A stretch of 64,000 nt of DNA from an uncultured Gammaproteobacteria bacterium (GTDB lineage: Bacteria > Patescibacteriota > Patescibacteriia > Magasanikbacterales > GWA2-37-8): contig CAZHYG010000001.1 in assembly GCA_964536615.1 (NCBI GenBank), positions 6,200-70,199 of the forward strand. The letters run 5' to 3'. Position numbers and translations under genes: made by a program. Within the stretch, counting starts at the first letter, position 1, and each line of letters opens with the position of its first letter. Below the pieces are notes generated by a model. That model ran no database searches and was not told where the DNA came from. It saw only the letters and a list, made by a program, of their open reading frames with translations. Shown here piece after piece: positions 57,793 to 64,000 of the stretch.

Positions 57793-58014
57793 ATGGATCA
57801 TGAATCCATTGTAACATTGGCCAAAGGTTTAACTATGGCCATCGGCGGTTTGGCACCAGCATTGGCCATCGGCAGCTTGGTTTCAAAAGCTATGGAAGCT
57901 ATTGGACGCAATCCAGAAGCTTCAGATAAATTATTCGTACCGATGCTTCTTGGCGCAGCTTTCGCTGAAGCTATCGCTATTTACGCCCTCGTGGTTGTAT
58001 TTACTTTGAAGTAA
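57793..58014 (+). CDS. atpE: F0F1 ATP synthase subunit c
   Basis: 73-aa two-helix hairpin with polar loop GRNPE and a carboxylate-bearing second helix. Confidence 0.9.
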   Translation: MDHESIVTLAKGLTMAIGGLAPALAIGSLVSKAMEAIGRNPEASDKLFVPMLLGAAFAEAIAIYALVVVFTLK

Positions 58015-58080
58015 TTTGATCAATTTGATCTGTCATTTTGGCAGGTCAAATTGCATGGAGTTATTTAATACAAAATATTT

Positions 58081-58641
58081 ATGTTTACAGAAATTGCATA
58101 CGCATCCAAAACAGCCGTTCGCGCCACCGAAACAGCCGCCGCTGATGAAACAGTGTTAAGCTCGCTCGGAATCAACAGCACTTTGTTTATTTTTCAACTT
58201 ATCAACTTTGCATTAGTAGCATCAATTGTTTGGTTTTTAATTTTAAAACCACTTACCAAGAAAATGGCTGAACGCCAAAAAATGATTGATGACAGTATTG
58301 ATAATGCAAAAAAAATTGAAACCAATCTTGGTATGAGCGAGCGAAAATACCAGGAAAAAATTGACCAGGCAAAAGTTGATGCCAATAAAATTATTGAAAA
58401 GGCTCAGCAAGAATCTGTGCTGGTTGCCGAAGCGGCAAAAGAAAAAACACGCAAAGAAATTGAAGCATTAGTCGAAACTGCGCGCAAGAATATTAAAAGC
58501 GAACGCGACGAATCTATTCGTGAAATTAAAGAACAGGCAGCGGCTGTTATTGTTTCTGCTGCGGAAAAAATTATCGGCTCCAGCCTAAGCGTTGAAAAAG
58601 ACAATAAGATAATCGAAGAAGCGATTAAAAAAATGAACTAA
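58081..58641 (+). CDS. atpF: F0F1 ATP synthase subunit b
   Basis: Single N-terminal TM, then a long charged helix. Operon position. Confidence 0.8.
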   Translation: MFTEIAYASKTAVRATETAAADETVLSSLGINSTLFIFQLINFALVASIVWFLILKPLTKKMAERQKMIDDSIDNAKKIETNLGMSERKYQEKIDQAKVDANKIIEKAQQESVLVAEAAKEKTRKEIEALVETARKNIKSERDESIREIKEQAAAVIVSAAEKIIGSSLSVEKDNKIIEEAIKKMN

Positions 58642-58645
58642 TTTT

Positions 58646-59035
58646 ATGGCAAAACAAAGCAATATACAATTTGCCAAAGCGTTATACGAGGTTACGGAAC
58701 ACGCCCCGCAATCTGCTTTACCTGAAATTGTAAAACAGTTTTTACTTGTACTGCAAAAAAATAACAGGCTAAAAAAAATAAATTATATCCTAGATGAATT
58801 TATTGCCTATTCAAAAAAACAATCGGGTATTACCACAGTAGAGTTGGAGACAGCGCAATCAATATCCGATCAGGTTATCCAGCAAATAAAGAAAAAATTT
58901 GGCAATAAAGTTGAAATAGAACATGCCATAAACCCAAAACTGCTCGGCGGAATAAAGATAAAGATAGAAGACAGCGTATACGACGCGAGCGTGCAAACTC
59001 AACTTAATAAATTAAAGAAAACCTTACAAGCATAA
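58646..59035 (+). CDS. atpH: F0F1 ATP synthase subunit delta (short OSCP-like)
   Basis: C-terminal [22 protein letters not shown] matches the delta/OSCP C-terminus. Operon position. Confidence 0.75.
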   Translation: MAKQSNIQFAKALYEVTEHAPQSALPEIVKQFLLVLQKNNRLKKINYILDEFIAYSKKQSGITTVELETAQSISDQVIQQIKKKFGNKVEIEHAINPKLLGGIKIKIEDSVYDASVQTQLNKLKKTLQA

Positions 59036-59046
59036 TTAAAATCCGT

Positions 59047-60543
59047 ATGTCCACAAATAATATCATTGAAGAGATAAAGAAAAATATTTCTCTGTTTCAA
59101 AAAGAAGCAGAAATGGAAGAAGTCGGAAAAGTAATAGAAGTAGGCGATGGTATCGCGCGCCTTTCTGGTTTGGGCAAATGCCAAGCGAGTGAAATGCTTG
59201 AGTTCGGCAGCGGTGAAAATATTACCTATGGTTTGGCATTAAACTTGGAAGAAGAAACTGTTGGCTGCGTATTGCTTGGTGAATATAAGCACATCAAGGA
59301 AGGGGATACCGTAAAACGAACGAACCGTATTTTGTCCGTACCAGTTGGCGAAGAGTTAGTAGGCCGTGTTGTTAATCCGCTTGGCCAGGCAATTGACGGA
59401 GGTAAGGATATTAAAACCAAAACATTTTATCCAATTGAAAAAATTGCTCCGGGTGTAATGACTCGCGAAAGAGTAAACCAACCTTTACAGACTGGTATTA
59501 AAGCTATTGATGCGCTTATTCCAGTTGGCCGCGGCCAGCGCGAGCTTATTATCGGCGACCGCCAAACTGGTAAAACTGCTGTAGCCATTGACACTATCAT
59601 CAATCAAAAAGGCAAAGATGTCATTTGTGTATACGTAGCCATCGGTCAGAAAGAATCAAAAATTGCTCGTATTGTGGCCAAACTTAAAGAAACTGGCGCA
59701 ATGGATTACACTATCGTAGTTGTCGCCGGCGCTTCACAGCCAGCTGCGCTTTCATATATCGCTCCATACGCTGGCGTATCTATGGCTGAATACTTCATGG
59801 ACAAAGGCAAAGATGTGTTATGTGTCTATGACGATCTTTCCAAGCAAGCTTGGGCTTATCGTGAAATTTCTCTTTTGCTCCGCAGACCTCCAGGCCGTGA
59901 AGCCTATCCGGGTGATGTGTTCTACTTACATTCTCGCTTATTAGAACGCGCTTGCCGCCGCAACAAAGAATTCGGCGGAGGCTCAATTACCGCGCTTCCT
60001 ATTATTGAAACTCAAGCCGGTGACGTTACCGCATATATTCCTACCAACGTAATTTCCATTACCGACGGTCAGATTTTCTTGGAAACAGATCTGTTCTATA
60101 AAGGTATTCGTCCTGCTTTAAACGTTGGTATCTCCGTGTCCCGCGTCGGTGGTGATGCTCAGATCAAACCAATGAAAAAAGTTGCTGGTAAATTAAAATT
60201 GGCTATGGCTCAATTCCGTGAAATGGAAGCATTTGCGCAATTTTCTTCTGATTTAGATGCGGAAACCAAGAATCAAATTGATTTGGGTCAGCGCTTGGTA
60301 GAAGTTCTCAAACAGCCTCAATACGAACCAATGTCGGTTGCCCACCAGGTAGCGGTTATTTACGCAGTCAGTAACGGATTTACAAACCATGTGGCTGTAA
60401 AAGATATAAGACAATGGGAAAATGATTTCCACGCGTTCCTTGACACTTCCAAAGCTCTGCTTTTAGAAAAAATTGAAGCAGGGGAATGGAATGAAGAAAT
60501 TGAAAAAGAATTAAAAGAAGCATGCGGGCAGTTTAAAAAATAG
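59047..60543 (+). CDS. atpA: F0F1 ATP synthase subunit alpha
   Basis: P-loop GDRQTGKTA; 498 aa. Confidence 0.95.
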   Translation: MSTNNIIEEIKKNISLFQKEAEMEEVGKVIEVGDGIARLSGLGKCQASEMLEFGSGENITYGLALNLEEETVGCVLLGEYKHIKEGDTVKRTNRILSVPVGEELVGRVVNPLGQAIDGGKDIKTKTFYPIEKIAPGVMTRERVNQPLQTGIKAIDALIPVGRGQRELIIGDRQTGKTAVAIDTIINQKGKDVICVYVAIGQKESKIARIVAKLKETGAMDYTIVVVAGASQPAALSYIAPYAGVSMAEYFMDKGKDVLCVYDDLSKQAWAYREISLLLRRPPGREAYPGDVFYLHSRLLERACRRNKEFGGGSITALPIIETQAGDVTAYIPTNVISITDGQIFLETDLFYKGIRPALNVGISVSRVGGDAQIKPMKKVAGKLKLAMAQFREMEAFAQFSSDLDAETKNQIDLGQRLVEVLKQPQYEPMSVAHQVAVIYAVSNGFTNHVAVKDIRQWENDFHAFLDTSKALLLEKIEAGEWNEEIEKELKEACGQFKK

Positions 60544-60586
60544 TTTGAAAAGTTAACGTAATGTATTCTGCTTAGTCAAATTAAAT

Positions 60587-61540
60587 ATGGCAATTAACAC
60601 AAAAGTAATCAAACGCCGCATAAAATCCATTAGCAGCACTAAAAAAATTACCAAAGCTATGGAAATGATTGCAGCCGCCAAAATGCGCAAAGCCGTAAAC
60701 GCTGCTTTGGATACGCGCGCCTACGCCAGTGTAGCATGGGAACTTTTGGTGCAGCTTTCAAAGATGCAAAAAACTCAAGCCCCTCTTTTGGAAACTCGTC
60801 CGGTAGAAAAAATGTTGGTAATAATGATTACTTCAAACAGAGGTCTTTGCGGCAGTTTTAATGCCAACATAATCAAAAAAACCGCTGCTCAAATGAACAA
60901 TCCAAAAAAGATTGCTGTTCAATTTGCAGACGGAAAAGAAATTAACCCGCATGATAATATCTCCATAGACGTGATAGGAATTGGCAAAAAAGGTGCTGAT
61001 TTTGCCAAAAAAATGGGATACAACCTCATTGCCGCCTTTAGCGACATGAGCGACACACCGACTTTTGAAAATGCTTTACCAATTGCAAAAATGGTAATAC
61101 GCGCGTACGAAGAAAAGAAATACGATAAAGTTGTAGTGGCCTATACGGATTTCAAGTCAGCTTTATCGCAAACTGCGCGCTTGCGCCAAGTATTACCGGT
61201 TTCAGAGCGAGATTTGGAAGCAACTATTTCCGAACTAAAAGATCTTTCCGGGCAAGGTAACACAAATTTACAAACAAAATTAAATGACTATCTTTTTGAG
61301 CCAAATAAAACCGAGGTCTTGCAAGTAATTTTGCCTCGCTTAGTTGAAACACAAGTATACCAAACACTGCTTGAGTCTTCGGCCAGCGAACACAGTAGCC
61401 GTATGGTAGCCATGAAAAATGCCAGTGAAGCCGCGAAAGATATGATAAATGAGCTTAATCTAACATTTAACAAGGCCAGACAAGCAGGTATTACCCAAGA
61501 AATTGCGGAGATTGCCGGCGGAGCGGCTGCGTTGGAATAA
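60587..61540 (+). CDS. atpG: F0F1 ATP synthase subunit gamma
   Basis: N-terminal IKRRIKSISSTKKITKAMEMIAAAKMRKA and C-terminal ITQEIAEIAGGAAAL helices. Confidence 0.9.
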   Translation: MAINTKVIKRRIKSISSTKKITKAMEMIAAAKMRKAVNAALDTRAYASVAWELLVQLSKMQKTQAPLLETRPVEKMLVIMITSNRGLCGSFNANIIKKTAAQMNNPKKIAVQFADGKEINPHDNISIDVIGIGKKGADFAKKMGYNLIAAFSDMSDTPTFENALPIAKMVIRAYEEKKYDKVVVAYTDFKSALSQTARLRQVLPVSERDLEATISELKDLSGQGNTNLQTKLNDYLFEPNKTEVLQVILPRLVETQVYQTLLESSASEHSSRMVAMKNASEAAKDMINELNLTFNKARQAGITQEIAEIAGGAAALE

Positions 61541-61561
61541 TCTTACTAATAATACATTTAA

Positions 61562-62938
<1,377 letters not shown>

Positions 62939-63018
62939 TCGTTCTGCGCTTGAAATTACATCGACATTTGAGAAAGAAAATTTGTTTTTCTGCTCAGGTC
63001 TAGTAATTATAAACATAT

Positions 63019-63447
63019 ATGCTTAAATTAAAAATTGTCACACCGGAAAAGACAGTATATCAAAATGAAGTTTTTCAGATTTCTGTTCCAACTACAGAAG
63101 GCGAAGTAACTATTTTGCCTCACCACATACCTCTCATTTCGGTTCTAAAAGCAGGGGAAATGCGCTTCAAAGATGCTTCCGGAGACCAGAGTATGGCCGT
63201 ATCTGGAGGGTTTTTAGAAGTCCGAGGTAAAGAGGAAATAGTGGTTTTAGCCGATCACGCTGAACGCTCAGCAGAAATTGATCTTGCTCAAACCGAAGCA
63301 GCTCATAAAAAAGCGCTGGAACAGATGGAAAAACTAAAAAATTCTGAGAATGCAGACTTTGCCAGGTTGCAAGCTGCCATAGATCGCGAAACAAATAAAT
63401 TAAAAGTTGCAAAAAAATATCGTGCTATTTCTATAAACCAACAATAA
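63019..63447 (+). CDS. atpC: F0F1 ATP synthase subunit epsilon
   Basis: N-terminal beta-sandwich LKLKIVTPEKTVY... and C-terminal helices. End of operon. Confidence 0.85.
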   Translation: MLKLKIVTPEKTVYQNEVFQISVPTTEGEVTILPHHIPLISVLKAGEMRFKDASGDQSMAVSGGFLEVRGKEEIVVLADHAERSAEIDLAQTEAAHKKALEQMEKLKNSENADFARLQAAIDRETNKLKVAKKYRAISINQQ

Positions 63448-63462
63448 TATCTATATATTACT

Positions 63463-63597
63463 ATGGAAAAATGCCAAAAATGCCGAACACACTTAGAAGA
63501 TTCAGACATGGCCTGCCTATGCGATGAAAGCATCTGTGTATCTTGCTGCCAATGTGAAGAAACGTGTGGTTGCGAATGTGTAGACAAGCAAGGGTAA
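63463..63597 (+). CDS. Candidate 44-aa Cys-rich peptide (11 Cys; metallothionein-like or RiPP-precursor-like); absent from the ORF track
   Basis: MEKCQKCRTHLEDSDMACLCDESICVSCCQCEETCGCECVDKQG, located directly after atpC. Confidence 0.3.
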   Translation: MEKCQKCRTHLEDSDMACLCDESICVSCCQCEETCGCECVDKQG

Positions 63598-63670
63598 GCC
63601 GTTGCCAAACAAGATATCATCAATTATAATAAATACAGCCAAAAAGGCTGTTTTTATTATAATTGGCGCT

Positions 63671-64000
63671 ATGACCCAACGCATCCTTAACCAGGCGCAA
63701 CAACAAGCGGTGTCTTACTTTGACGGACCGCTCATTATTGTGGCTGGAGCGGGCACCGGAAAAACTACGGTTATTACAGAAAAAATTACCCATATTCTTA
63801 AGAGCAAGCGAGCGCGCACTTCAGAAGTTCTAGCTCTCACTTTTACCGAGAAAGCTGCAGCCGAAATGCAGGAACGAGTTGACGCCAATATTGATTCTGG
63901 CTATGTTGAGCTTCACATTTCAACTTTTCATTCTTTTTGTCAAAAAATTTTGGAGGAGTTTGCGCTGCATATTGGACTAGGCACCTCATTTACTCTGTTA
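63671..64000 (+). CDS. UvrD/PcrA/Rep-family ATP-dependent DNA helicase, 3'-partial at the window end
   Basis: N-terminus LNQAQQQAVSYFDGPLIIVAGAGTGKTTVITEKI (Walker A), then LALTFTEKAAAEMQERV. Confidence 0.8.
   Translation, partial: MTQRILNQAQQQAVSYFDGPLIIVAGAGTGKTTVITEKITHILKSKRARTSEVLALTFTEKAAAEMQERVDANIDSGYVELHISTFHSFCQKILEEFALHIGLGTSFTLL

Overview
The window has a low-GC (~35-40%) backbone of housekeeping genes typical of a small-genome, possibly CPR/Patescibacteria-like bacterium (my inference from gene content and composition, not a database result). It includes a prepilin peptidase fragment, ligA, PEP synthase, an ECF sigma factor, tRNA-Asp, the infC-rpmI-rplT operon, tmRNA plus smpB, a giant 1903-aa low-complexity protein, a cell-wall cluster (mraY, murB, Mur-ligase, ATP-grasp, NlpC/P60-like, LysW-like), hpf, tkt, ribH, iscS, rsmI, metG, tatD and a complete F0F1 ATP synthase operon. 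Several compositionally foreign segments are embedded in this backbone. (1) A ~5.9 kb island at ~24.3-30.2 kb with ~65% GC encodes five secreted, lipoprotein or membrane-anchored envelope proteins. It carries a 357-bp intergenic cassette present twice and a tandem-duplicated lipoprotein gene, and is driven from an upstream host-like AT-rich consensus promoter and leader. (2) A high-GC block at 8.7-10.3 kb lies next to tRNA-Asp, and a 21-bp direct repeat of the tRNA 3' end sits 1.35 kb downstream, suggesting integrated-element remnants. (3) GC-elevated segments at 11.2-12.3 kb and 54.8-56.5 kb carry small genes, each with its own near-consensus promoter and terminator. No CRISPR array or rRNA was seen. 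All calls come from reading the sequence and motif recall only, with no database search. Confidence is highest for classical housekeeping genes and lowest for small ORFs.
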